Positions 10,017-19,389 of a DNA stretch of 64,000 bases are shown here, one piece after another. The position numbers and the translations under genes were made by a program. The notes beneath the pieces are model-generated. The model made no database searches, had not been told where the DNA came from, and worked only from the letters and a program-made list of their open reading frames with translations. Location of the stretch: positions 32,001 through 96,000 of IMG/VR virus record IMGVR_UViG_3300048065_001187. One strand, written 5' to 3'. How positions within the stretch are numbered: the stretch's first letter is position 1; every line of letters starts with the position of its first letter. Source of the DNA: a virus.

Positions 10017-11030
10017 ATGTCTGATAAAAGTGGTCAATTACTATCTGAAAATATTGCTGGTGTAAATCGAATTTTGCCTCATAAGCATAAATATGCATGG
10101 GATTTATTCCTTAAAAGTTGCGCAAACAACTGGATGCCTACAGAAATATCCATGCAAAACGATATCAATCAATGGAAAAACAATGAAATCACAGAAGATG
10201 AAAAGCTCCTTGTTAAGCGTTGTCTTGGCTTTTTTGCAGGAAGTGAGTCTCTCGTTGGTAATAACTTGCTTCTTTCTGCTTTTAGATTTATTACTGACGC
10301 TGAATGCCGTCAGTATATTCTGCGTCAAGCTTTTGAAGAAAGCCTTCACAATCTTACGATAGTTTATGTTTGTGACAGTTTAGACTTAGATATCGACGAA
10401 GTTTTTACTGCTTACGAAACCATCCCGAGTATAAAAGCTAAAGATGACTTTCTTATGGGTATAACAGATGATCTCAGTCGCCAAGATTTTGATGCTACCA
10501 CTACAGAAGGCAAACAAGAAATACTTAGAAATTTCTTAACATATTGGATTGTGTGCGAAGGAACATTCTTTTTTAGCGGATTTGCTATGCTTCTTGCCCT
10601 TGGTCGTCAAAACAAGCTGCAGGGTATCTCTGATCAAATTAAATACACGCTTAGAGATGAAAGCTCTCACATTGCGTTTGGAACATATTTAATTAATACA
10701 TTAATTGAGCAAAACCCAGAGATATGGACTCAAGAAATACAAAATGAGTTTATTGATCATATGAAAAAAGCGGTAGAACTAGAGATAGCATATGCAAAAG
10801 ATGTTTTACCTACAGGCATTCTCGGTTTAAATTCTGATATGTTTGTTGACTACATGTATTATATAGGAAACCGAAGGCTTGAAGCTATAGGTTTAGATTA
10901 TCGTTTTCCTAGTGACAAAAATCCATTTCCATGGCTAGGAGAGGTAGTTGACGTTCAAGCTATGGGAAATTTCTTCGAAAGAAGGGTTAGAGAATATCAA
11001 CAAAGCGGCTCATTAGAAGACGATTTTTAA
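10017..11030 (+). CDS. nrdB: Ribonucleotide reductase beta subunit, class Ic (R2c)-type
   Basis: WMPTEI, FFAGSESLVGNN, EESLH, EGTFFFSGF, RDESSH, NFFERRVREYQ. Radical Tyr position is Ile. Confidence 0.95.
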   Translation: MSDKSGQLLSENIAGVNRILPHKHKYAWDLFLKSCANNWMPTEISMQNDINQWKNNEITEDEKLLVKRCLGFFAGSESLVGNNLLLSAFRFITDAECRQYILRQAFEESLHNLTIVYVCDSLDLDIDEVFTAYETIPSIKAKDDFLMGITDDLSRQDFDATTTEGKQEILRNFLTYWIVCEGTFFFSGFAMLLALGRQNKLQGISDQIKYTLRDESSHIAFGTYLINTLIEQNPEIWTQEIQNEFIDHMKKAVELEIAYAKDVLPTGILGLNSDMFVDYMYYIGNRRLEAIGLDYRFPSDKNPFPWLGEVVDVQAMGNFFERRVREYQQSGSLEDDF

Positions 11031-11067
11031 TATAATTATCCATAATTTATTATTATAATAAGTTACT

Positions 11068-11601
11068 TTGGATACTTTTAAATTAAAACTATTAAGACAA
11101 CTAAAAGCTAAATGCTCAGAAATTTCAGAAGAGTTTTCTGAGGTTGATGGATTATTTAATCAGGCTGTCCCTCTTTTTTGCTCTGCTGTTTATTCTTATT
11201 GTGAAGATAATTCTTGCAAAAACCCACTAGATGAATTAGAAGATTCAGAAAAAAAAGACAAGCAAGTTGTCACAGATAATATTAAATCTGTTTACAGAAA
11301 AATAGCTATTCAAACGCACCCTGATAAAGGTGTGAGTGATGAAAATAAAGTTGATCTATATAAAGATGCCGCAAAAGCTAAAAAAAATAACGAAGTAGAT
11401 AAGTTAATTTCTATTGCAAAAGATCTAAAAATTGATATTTCAGATCTAAATTATTCCGATATTAGGTCTATTGAGCAGTCTATATCTGACACAGAAGTTA
11501 AAATTAATAAAATGAGGTCTAGTTACCCATGGATTTGGTTCTTTTCTACAGTTAAAAAAAGAGAAGATATTATATCTAGGTTCGTCCTTAATAAAGTGTA
11601 A
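11068..11601 (+). CDS. J-domain (DnaJ-like) containing protein
   Basis: IKSVYRKIAIQTHPDK with the HPD motif. Confidence 0.75.
   Translation: MDTFKLKLLRQLKAKCSEISEEFSEVDGLFNQAVPLFCSAVYSYCEDNSCKNPLDELEDSEKKDKQVVTDNIKSVYRKIAIQTHPDKGVSDENKVDLYKDAAKAKKNNEVDKLISIAKDLKIDISDLNYSDIRSIEQSISDTEVKINKMRSSYPWIWFFSTVKKREDIISRFVLNKV
11596..11600 (+). promoter_or_regulatory. GTGTA promoter-like motif
   Basis: GTGTAATA, 16 nt before ATG 11612 of a 28-codon ORF; heads the long glycan operon. Confidence 0.55.
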
Positions 11602-11719
11602 TACATAATTTATGGACTGTAGCCTAATAATTTTTGTAAATTTTGTTTTTTGTTTAAGATTTATTTATAAATTAGGAGGTTTATGGCGAAATATGTAATA
11701 TTAAGGTTTAAGGAAATAA

Positions 11720-11827
11720 ATGGCTCGTCTAATTATAAAGAAAACGGCAACTTTGGTGCTCTCAAAGCTATCAAAGATTATCGTTAAGCAGTCTGAGCCC
11801 GAAGGCCCACCGCCTCCGCCTACATAA
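11720..11827 (+). CDS. Putative 35 aa basic microprotein with polyproline tail (not in ORF track)
   Basis: MARLIIKKTATLVLSKLSKIIVKQSEPEGPPPPPT*. Preceded by AAGGA; stop lies 1 nt before next ATG (11829). Confidence 0.45.
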   Translation: MARLIIKKTATLVLSKLSKIIVKQSEPEGPPPPPT

Positions 11828-11828
11828 A

Positions 11829-12470
11829 ATGATATCTTTTATTAAAAAATCTATATCTTCTATGAAGAATGTGTACGAAATAAAGGGGATGCAAATCCTC
11901 GAGTACCTAGATAGAGAGATTAAATACGAACAATCTTTAAAATATTATACAGACCAGAATCACATAAATAAATTAACAATGGAATACGAAGCTTATCCTT
12001 TTAACGAATCAATTCATAGTCTTAGCTCTATGCCCGAGCCAGCTATAGAAGAAATTATCAGAGTTAATAAACGAATCACAGAACATACTTGGGGTGTTAT
12101 ATTAGAATCAAATAAAGTTTCTGATTTAAATGTTTATATCGCACAAATGAATAAAGTGCAAATAAATGCAAGACAAGCTAATTTTTTTGTTGTTACCGAT
12201 TCAGAAGAAATATTATTAAAACTGCACGATATATTCAACTGGATGAATAAAGTTTTTTATATTGTACCCAATACATACAATAGCAATATAGAAGAAGAAT
12301 ACAGGGCAAGTATTAATTTTCATTGCTTGAAACATCTAGACAAGCATATCTCTACCCCAAACTCTACATACATGAATATGTTAAAGCAAATTGGAGGTAA
12401 ACAGGTTACAGTCCCAAGCCCTAGTAGAGTATTTTGTTTTAACGCCAAAAGATTAGTGCCAGAAGAATGA
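11829..12470 (+). CDS. Hypothetical protein, possible degenerate GT-B fucosyltransferase-like
   Basis: FFVVTDSEE resembles the fucosyltransferase ATD motif, plus STPNST; context is the glycan operon. Confidence 0.4.
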   Translation: MISFIKKSISSMKNVYEIKGMQILEYLDREIKYEQSLKYYTDQNHINKLTMEYEAYPFNESIHSLSSMPEPAIEEIIRVNKRITEHTWGVILESNKVSDLNVYIAQMNKVQINARQANFFVVTDSEEILLKLHDIFNWMNKVFYIVPNTYNSNIEEEYRASINFHCLKHLDKHISTPNSTYMNMLKQIGGKQVTVPSPSRVFCFNAKRLVPEE

Positions 12471-13396
12471 AAAGAATATCGTACATAGTTTGCTCTCGTA
12501 ATGATAATTATAACGGCGATTCTGTAGGCAGATGCATCAACACGGTTAATCACGCTTGTGAAATTATCAAAAAAAATAATGTAGAAGATGAATCTGAAGT
12601 TTTGCTTATTGACTGGTGTTCAAGAAATGCGCCAATGAAAGATGCTATCACTAGCGGATTGGTTCCAGAAACTCAAGGCTTGCTTAAAATTGTGACCGTT
12701 CCACCTGATATAGCGGACAAGCATCAAGGCGACTCACCATTCTCTGAGGTTCATGCCATGAATGTAGGTTTCCGCCAGATGGAAGGTAAACATTTTGCTC
12801 GCATCGATCAAGATACATTAATAGGTCAGCGTTTCATGGATTGGTTTCATCATGAATTTGAAGTTAAAGATTATGGTTGGCCGTGGCCCCGTGCATCTTT
12901 TTGCAGCCGCCGAAATTTAGATGAATCACAGTCCCATCATTCTGTTTTTCGCGATTTTATATATGACCAAGAACTTTCCTACAAGGTAGAGATTTGTCAC
13001 GAGCACAATCATTACAGTCGATTGATGCCAAATAAGCAGATCTTTCCTTTTTACGGTGGAGCAGTTGGTGTCATGATGGTTGAAAGAGAGTGTTATCTAG
13101 AGCATAAAGGCTTCAACGAGCAACTTGTATACATGAACAGTATGGATACCGAATTCATGAACAGGATTGCTGCAAAAGAAGATATCTACAATCTATGTCT
13201 AGCGATTGATGCAGATTTCTATCATCAATTCCATGGCCGCGATGATGGCGCGTCAAATGATACTACCCAGCCACATGCGCAACAAGAAGGCGCAAGGAAA
13301 ACTAATTCTTTAGATATTAGAAACAAGTTACTAGATAACCCCAACCCAGATAATTGGGGTTTGCTTGACGAAGACTTGGAGGTTACAGCTTTATGA
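12467..13396 (+). CDS. GT-A fold glycosyltransferase (GT2-like)
   Basis: SRNDNY, LIDW, AMNVGFR, RIDQD, GFNE..DTEF, YHQFH. Confidence 0.7.
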   Translation: MKRISYIVCSRNDNYNGDSVGRCINTVNHACEIIKKNNVEDESEVLLIDWCSRNAPMKDAITSGLVPETQGLLKIVTVPPDIADKHQGDSPFSEVHAMNVGFRQMEGKHFARIDQDTLIGQRFMDWFHHEFEVKDYGWPWPRASFCSRRNLDESQSHHSVFRDFIYDQELSYKVEICHEHNHYSRLMPNKQIFPFYGGAVGVMMVERECYLEHKGFNEQLVYMNSMDTEFMNRIAAKEDIYNLCLAIDADFYHQFHGRDDGASNDTTQPHAQQEGARKTNSLDIRNKLLDNPNPDNWGLLDEDLEVTAL

Positions 13397-14244
13397 GTAA
13401 TGTTATTTATGTAATTAACGATTTACCAAAGGACACTGACTTTGCGAATCCTGGCTATAAAGATATGGCATGGGTTCCTCATTGCCTTGGATCTATTGAA
13501 AAGTATGCAGAGAAAATTGGTTGTGATTTAAAGATTATATCAATGTCAGACTTTCCTGGCTATCAAGATATACATCAATATACGTTTAGCCATTACCAGA
13601 AGAGTACGTTTGTTAAAGTTTTGTTTTTGCATGAGTTTTTAAAGACGGACTATAACAAATTCGCATTGCTTGATCTTGATATGGTTGTAAGCAAAACTGC
13701 CCCCGACATTTTTGAGTATCACAAAGATGATGAATTTATGATGCAGTATGGTTTTAACGAAGCAGTAGTCAAAAAGAACGAAGTATTTCTAAAAGAATAT
13801 TTAAAAGCTATCCCTAAAGACGAAGATGTTTATTGGTTTAATGAGAAAACTCAACGCAATATACCCAAGTATAATTTAAACTTAGGCTGCTACATTATGA
13901 GCCGCAAGATTGTATCTGAGATGGTTGAGGTATTACCAGACCAATATTCTATTGTAGATTTCCTAAAAAATCATAACTTAATTGATAACCCAGTTTTGGA
14001 AATACTTGGAGAGCGCAAAGATTTCATTGATCAAGACATGTACGGCTATGCATATGCCAAAACAACTGTTACTGATCACCACAAACCTCTTCAATGGGTG
14101 TGGAATGCGAACTATCAGGCTTGCTTCCAAAAAGGTAAAGATAATAAAGATTTTTACTTATGTCATCTTTGCGGTGAAGACGGAAAAGAGTTCTTGCTAG
14201 ACAATTTAAATAACCCCGAAGTCATGGAGAAGATCGATGTATAG
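13393..14244 (+). CDS. GT-A glycosyltransferase (GT8/GT34-like)
   Basis: YAEKIG, LLDLD (DxD), NLG, DQD, WN, terminal H motif. Confidence 0.7.
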   Translation: MSNVIYVINDLPKDTDFANPGYKDMAWVPHCLGSIEKYAEKIGCDLKIISMSDFPGYQDIHQYTFSHYQKSTFVKVLFLHEFLKTDYNKFALLDLDMVVSKTAPDIFEYHKDDEFMMQYGFNEAVVKKNEVFLKEYLKAIPKDEDVYWFNEKTQRNIPKYNLNLGCYIMSRKIVSEMVEVLPDQYSIVDFLKNHNLIDNPVLEILGERKDFIDQDMYGYAYAKTTVTDHHKPLQWVWNANYQACFQKGKDNKDFYLCHLCGEDGKEFLLDNLNNPEVMEKIDV

Positions 14245-14923
14245 TTATGACCATAAGTTTATTTATGTACATATCCCAAAGTCTGGCGGTACGTTTATCA
14301 AGCATTATCTTCTGTCAAATATAGAGCCTGGATATCAAGAAAACCAAAACCAGCAAGACTACGACGATAAATATAGAACTACATGTGAAAGATCCATAGG
14401 AGGAATCCTTCATGAAGTGCCCGATTATAAAAACTATTTTAAATTTACTGTAGTTCGCAATCCTTTTGACCGCGTAGTCTCCATGTTTTCATATCTTGGC
14501 GGCTGGAAATATGATTATTTTGTAGAGAATAATATCGACTCTCCTAAAATGCCATATGTGCAAAAGTTTCATGATTTTTATATCCGAGACGACTTTGACG
14601 GTTTTATTGATTACGCTTACGAACAAAAAGCTATTAAAGAGTTTCATGCGGGATACTATGAAACGAATTTAGAGAGAGTAAGAGTTCGTGGAAGAGTAGA
14701 GATTGACAAGTTTTTTAAAGTAGAAGACATGCAAAAGTGCTTATTCCAGCTGCAAATGAAACTTGGCTTTGAAAGCCGAAAGGGATTTGATGACTGGCGA
14801 AAGAATAGTAGCGCAGAGTATAAAAAGAAACAAGACTACAAAGATTATTATTCAACATACAGCAAAGACTATATAGAAAAACACTTTGCAGAAGATTTAA
14901 TTTATTTTAATTATGGATTCTAA
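14237..14923 (+). CDS. Sulfotransferase family 2
   Basis: 5'-PSB HIPKSGGT and 3'-PB VRNPFDRVVS. Confidence 0.85.
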   Translation: MYSYDHKFIYVHIPKSGGTFIKHYLLSNIEPGYQENQNQQDYDDKYRTTCERSIGGILHEVPDYKNYFKFTVVRNPFDRVVSMFSYLGGWKYDYFVENNIDSPKMPYVQKFHDFYIRDDFDGFIDYAYEQKAIKEFHAGYYETNLERVRVRGRVEIDKFFKVEDMQKCLFQLQMKLGFESRKGFDDWRKNSSAEYKKKQDYKDYYSTYSKDYIEKHFAEDLIYFNYGF

Positions 14924-15713
14924 ATTTGTAGTTTTCGGTCAAGAAAGGGCGGGAACCACAAGTTTAATTGCCGCTCTTAACAAGAATGATCGGATTGTTC
15001 ATGAGCCGCTATCTTCTTTGACTGGCGATCTTGAGCATAACTCACGGTACGCTAAGATTATTGAAGAACATGGAATGAATCCAGAATATTTACCAAAGTC
15101 AGACCATATACCGTATTTCAATAAATTTAATAATATATCGGAAGACAAAGATAAGCTTTGGGATTTTTTAGATGATTTATTTAAAACTTTTGATGGAGTT
15201 AAACATGTCTGGTGTACAGTTTCAGAAGTCGGTAACGAAAACTTTATATATTACTGCGCGGCACACGGCATAAAAATTATATACCAATATAGAGAAAGTG
15301 CATTTTATCCTGCAGTTTCGTGGCAGCTTGCTAACCAAGTTCAAGTTTGGCAGCTGGGCGAACAAAAAGAGCACAAAGAAAAAGTTGACTTATTCGACTA
15401 CCAAGAATTAGAAGAGCCACCTATTCAAAGAAGAATTAAATGGTATAAAAAATATTTACCTCATTACCATGAGTTACTTCCTCCTGATGCCTACATCTCT
15501 AAATACGAAGATCTTTACGGCTTAGAAACTTATCAACAAAGACTTGCTCAGTTTGACAATATAGCCGCATATCTTGACATAGAAGTTGATTATAATAATG
15601 TTGAGAATTTTTTGGGCACAGACAGAAGAGTTTTTGGTAAAAAAGCATACGACAAGATACCCAACTATCAAGAAATGTTTGATAAATATGGAGATGAGAA
15701 GATTATATTGTGA
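14913..15713 (+). CDS. Stf0-like sulfotransferase
   Basis: RAGTTSL PAPS loop, HEP, R...AVS, YEDL, IPNYQE. Confidence 0.7.
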   Translation: MDSKFVVFGQERAGTTSLIAALNKNDRIVHEPLSSLTGDLEHNSRYAKIIEEHGMNPEYLPKSDHIPYFNKFNNISEDKDKLWDFLDDLFKTFDGVKHVWCTVSEVGNENFIYYCAAHGIKIIYQYRESAFYPAVSWQLANQVQVWQLGEQKEHKEKVDLFDYQELEEPPIQRRIKWYKKYLPHYHELLPPDAYISKYEDLYGLETYQQRLAQFDNIAAYLDIEVDYNNVENFLGTDRRVFGKKAYDKIPNYQEMFDKYGDEKIIL

Positions 15714-16597
15714 ACGATTATTATTATTTTTCTCGTGATACTGGCTGGGGCGATACTTTGTGGCATCTCACAAATGCCTTAATGTATTGTGAGCAGAATA
15801 ATAAAGGTATGCTCGTTGATATGCGCGGGCATTGGGCCAGCAAAGGTGATAGTAATTTGTTCACCGAATACTTTCACCATATTGATACAGACATCGAAGT
15901 CATCATAAATGAAGAATACATAGACCAACTCAAAAAAGATGCCGAAAAACATTCTGACTCTAGATTAGTAATAAAAAACCCACTTAAATCTAAAGAAGAG
16001 TCTAAAAAATTTTATGATACATTTGATCGAATCAGCGTTCACGGAACTATCGCCAAAGAAATAGATGAGATACGTGAAAAATATTTTGCCGCGAATTATA
16101 TAGTTGGAGTTCATGCCAGAACATCAAACGGAGAAGTTTTGCCGCTAAGAACCGGAAACTCAAATCGTTTTCAGGGAGAAAGAAATGCAATACAAACTAT
16201 TTTTGATATTTACAAAGAGAAAATAGATCAGGTATTATTTGATGCCCCTCGTGCATTTTTAAAATCTTGTGATAATTATAAATTTTTTGTGGCCACAGAT
16301 TCAAAGCAGTTTGTTGATTTGTTTGAAAAAGAATACGGTAATACAATCGTAACCGAAAGGTATTTTGCCCCTCCAGGTTGTGGCACTGGCCACGAAAAAG
16401 GCGAACAATCCACAGAGATACAAATTCAGATGGAAGAAAAATATGGACGCATAAACATAGCTAAAGAAGCTTTGGTTGACTTTTACTTATTACAGTATAC
16501 AAATTTTTTATTTAAAAACTTTAGCAGGTTTAATGAGTTTTGCCTGTATAAAGGTATACCAAATTTTCACATTAATTTTCAGGAGAAGTGTTATTAA
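15710..16597 (+). CDS. NodZ-like (GT23) fucosyltransferase
   Basis: GWGD, GVHARTSNGE, FFVATDS, EALVDFYLL, SRF. Confidence 0.75.
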   Translation: MNDYYYFSRDTGWGDTLWHLTNALMYCEQNNKGMLVDMRGHWASKGDSNLFTEYFHHIDTDIEVIINEEYIDQLKKDAEKHSDSRLVIKNPLKSKEESKKFYDTFDRISVHGTIAKEIDEIREKYFAANYIVGVHARTSNGEVLPLRTGNSNRFQGERNAIQTIFDIYKEKIDQVLFDAPRAFLKSCDNYKFFVATDSKQFVDLFEKEYGNTIVTERYFAPPGCGTGHEKGEQSTEIQIQMEEKYGRINIAKEALVDFYLLQYTNFLFKNFSRFNEFCLYKGIPNFHINFQEKCY

Positions 16598-17530
16598 ATG
16601 AAATCAATATTAGTTACAGGCGGACTCGGCTTTATAGGAAGCAATTTTGTCAAACATATTTTCAAAAAGTATGATTATAAAATTTTTAATGTTGATGTAA
16701 AAACTTATGCAGCAAACTACAAGAATATAAGCGAAGAAATCAATCAGTCAGGTAGATATTATTTATCTTTGTATGATATCAACAGCACAAAAGATATAAA
16801 AAGATTAGTTCAAAAGAATCAAATTAATTATATTGTTAATTTTGCAGCAGAAAGTCATGTAGATAATAGTATAAATAATTCAAATCCATTTGTTGAAACG
16901 AATATAAATGGAACTCATTCATTATTAACACTATTACATGATTGCCCAAGTATAGAGAAATATCTTCAAGTATCTACAGACGAGGTATACGGCAGTTTAA
17001 TGGAAGAAGACGATCCTTTTACTGAAAATACTCCATTACAAGCTAACAGCCCTTACTCTGCAAGTAAAGCAAGTGCAGACTTATTGTGTCGCAGTTTTTA
17101 TGAGACTTTTAATTATCCTATTTTAATTACTCGCTGCTCAAACAATTATGGGCCAAATCAACACGAAGAAAAGCTAATCCCATTAATGATTAAAAATGCT
17201 AAGCTAGGCAAAAAATTACCCGTTTACGGCGATGGCAGAAATATTCGTGACTGGATTCATGTTTCTGATCATTGTTCGGGCATTGATGCGGTTTTACATA
17301 GTGGTAAAATTGGTGAAATTTATAATATTGGCGGAAAAAATGAAATGCGCAATATCGATATCATCAAGACTATCCTTAAATTGTTAGGCAAAGATCAAAG
17401 TCAAATAGAATTTATTCAAGACAGACTGGGCCATGATTGGCGTTACGCAATTGACAATAGTAAAATACAAAACGAATTAGGCTGGAATCCAAGTGTAAGT
17501 TTTATGAGTGGATTAAAAGAATTAATATGA
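16598..17530 (+). CDS. rmlB: dTDP-glucose 4,6-dehydratase
   Basis: TGGLGFIGSNF, AAESHVDNSI, STDEVYG, SPYSASK, RCSNNYGP, DRLGHDWRY. Confidence 0.95.
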   Translation: MKSILVTGGLGFIGSNFVKHIFKKYDYKIFNVDVKTYAANYKNISEEINQSGRYYLSLYDINSTKDIKRLVQKNQINYIVNFAAESHVDNSINNSNPFVETNINGTHSLLTLLHDCPSIEKYLQVSTDEVYGSLMEEDDPFTENTPLQANSPYSASKASADLLCRSFYETFNYPILITRCSNNYGPNQHEEKLIPLMIKNAKLGKKLPVYGDGRNIRDWIHVSDHCSGIDAVLHSGKIGEIYNIGGKNEMRNIDIIKTILKLLGKDQSQIEFIQDRLGHDWRYAIDNSKIQNELGWNPSVSFMSGLKELI

Positions 17531-18222
17531 TTAAAATTTTTCAAATTCATTATAAGGATGAACAAAAAAAAGATCTCCTTGATGGCTTCACTCCATATAT
17601 GAACCATAAAAAAAGCATTTCTATGGAGTCTGAATGCATACATGACATTAGACACAACAGATTAACGAGCGATATTACTCACATTGGATCAGTAGGCTAT
17701 AAATTACACAATAAAGTACTCCATAAACCTCAATACATAGATTTTCATAGAACAATAGAAGCACATCGTGATGCGGATATATTTTCGCCCAGGTTAGAGA
17801 CGCTATGGATTAAGGCAATCAGGCGACCTCGTCGTATTTGTTATCCAAATCAGCTTGATATGAGGTTTTCAGCTATACCATTTTTGGAAGATCTTGCAGA
17901 TTTGAATGTCATTAAAAAATCATCAATTAAGTTATGGGAGCGACCTTATAAATCTCCTGCTTATTTTAATTACTGGGTAGCTAAGCGAGAAGTCTTTTTA
18001 GATTATGTTGATAATTTTTTAGATAAAGTTTTTGATTTAATGCATAGCTATGATAAAGATAATTGGATATTTACCGTAGATGAGGATTACACCCCCGTTC
18101 CACCAGAAGAGTGGCAAAATGCTACGGGATTTTCAAATTATCCTATTATTACATTTATCTTGGAGAGATTAATTAATATATATATACAAGATAGAAAACT
18201 CAACCACAAAGCAATATTATGA
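17527..18222 (+). CDS. Hypothetical glycosyltransferase-like protein
   Basis: FNYWVAK and FILERL resemble DUF4422-type GTs; operon context. Confidence 0.45.
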   Translation: MIKIFQIHYKDEQKKDLLDGFTPYMNHKKSISMESECIHDIRHNRLTSDITHIGSVGYKLHNKVLHKPQYIDFHRTIEAHRDADIFSPRLETLWIKAIRRPRRICYPNQLDMRFSAIPFLEDLADLNVIKKSSIKLWERPYKSPAYFNYWVAKREVFLDYVDNFLDKVFDLMHSYDKDNWIFTVDEDYTPVPPEEWQNATGFSNYPIITFILERLINIYIQDRKLNHKAIL

Positions 18223-18947
18223 ATACTAATAAATTATACAGCTGGATGCTTAAATGCAATAATTTTATAATAGACTGGTCACCAAAAGCAGGATGCACAG
18301 TTATAACAAAGATTTGGTTTGATTGTATGAATGTTCTTGAGGAAGCACTTGAGACTGAGGTAGTTCACAATAGACGATTAATTAAAGGCTGGGTACATGA
18401 CTTCACACCAACATTTAAAAAAAGATTTGGAAAGGTAACATCAGACGAGTTAAAATCCGATAATTTTATTAAAATTAAATATGTTAGAAACCCATATGAT
18501 AGAGCAGTAAGTTCATACATTCATTGCTGTAAACATCCAGAAATCTTATTAGGAAAGCACAAGGATAAAAACCCTACATTTAAAGATTTTTTAAATCTTA
18601 TAGTTACCAATAAAATACACGACGATCATTACGAAATTCAAAATTCTTTTCCAGAAATAAAATACGATGAAATCATTAAGATAGAAAACCTAGAATCGGA
18701 AACAAAAAGATTAAATGAAAAATACGATATAAAACTTAAATGCGATTTTAATTCAAGCCATCATGTTAAAAAGAAAAATAAAATTGATAATTTCTTTAAT
18801 ATTCCTGTGTCCGATGTTAAAAAATATTTACATAAAAATAAAGAACTTCCCACCTATGATTCATTTTACAACGACGAAACAAAGGAAATAGTTTATCAAA
18901 TATATAAAACAGATATAGAAAGGTTTAATTACAAATCCCCATATTAA
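18219..18947 (+). CDS. Sulfotransferase family 2
   Basis: WSPKAGCT and VRNPYDRAVSSY. Confidence 0.85.
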   Translation: MNTNKLYSWMLKCNNFIIDWSPKAGCTVITKIWFDCMNVLEEALETEVVHNRRLIKGWVHDFTPTFKKRFGKVTSDELKSDNFIKIKYVRNPYDRAVSSYIHCCKHPEILLGKHKDKNPTFKDFLNLIVTNKIHDDHYEIQNSFPEIKYDEIIKIENLESETKRLNEKYDIKLKCDFNSSHHVKKKNKIDNFFNIPVSDVKKYLHKNKELPTYDSFYNDETKEIVYQIYKTDIERFNYKSPY

Positions 18948-18948
18948 T

Positions 18949-19389
18949 ATGAACAGACAAATAATAGGATTTACAGCAGGAAACTTTGATCTCTTGCATC
19001 CAGGATACATTTATACTTTTGAAGAAGCAAAACGACACTGTGATCGTTTTTTAGTGTTTTTACAGAAAGATCCAAGCGCTACAAGGTTCACAAAATATAA
19101 GCCTGTCATACCATATTACGAACGTTACAAAGCATTAATGGCTATAAAATATATAGACGAAGTATATATGTATCAAACAGAGGATGAATTGGTGGAACTA
19201 ATAAAATTCTGGAAACCTGATATCCGCATACTTGGAGAAGATTATATCGGTAAAGGTTTTACTGGTGATGATCTACCTCCCCGTGTAATATATACTACTC
19301 GATCACATGAATGGTCTACTACTCGATTAAAAGATTTGATTACGAAGCAAACGATGAAACAGAATCCAAATATACTGAAAGATGAGTAA
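18949..19389 (+). CDS. Cytidylyltransferase-like (TagD/RfaE-II family)
   Basis: GNFDLLHPGY (HxGH variant), ER, IDEV, GEDY, RSHEWSTT. Confidence 0.85.
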   Translation: MNRQIIGFTAGNFDLLHPGYIYTFEEAKRHCDRFLVFLQKDPSATRFTKYKPVIPYYERYKALMAIKYIDEVYMYQTEDELVELIKFWKPDIRILGEDYIGKGFTGDDLPPRVIYTTRSHEWSTTRLKDLITKQTMKQNPNILKDE

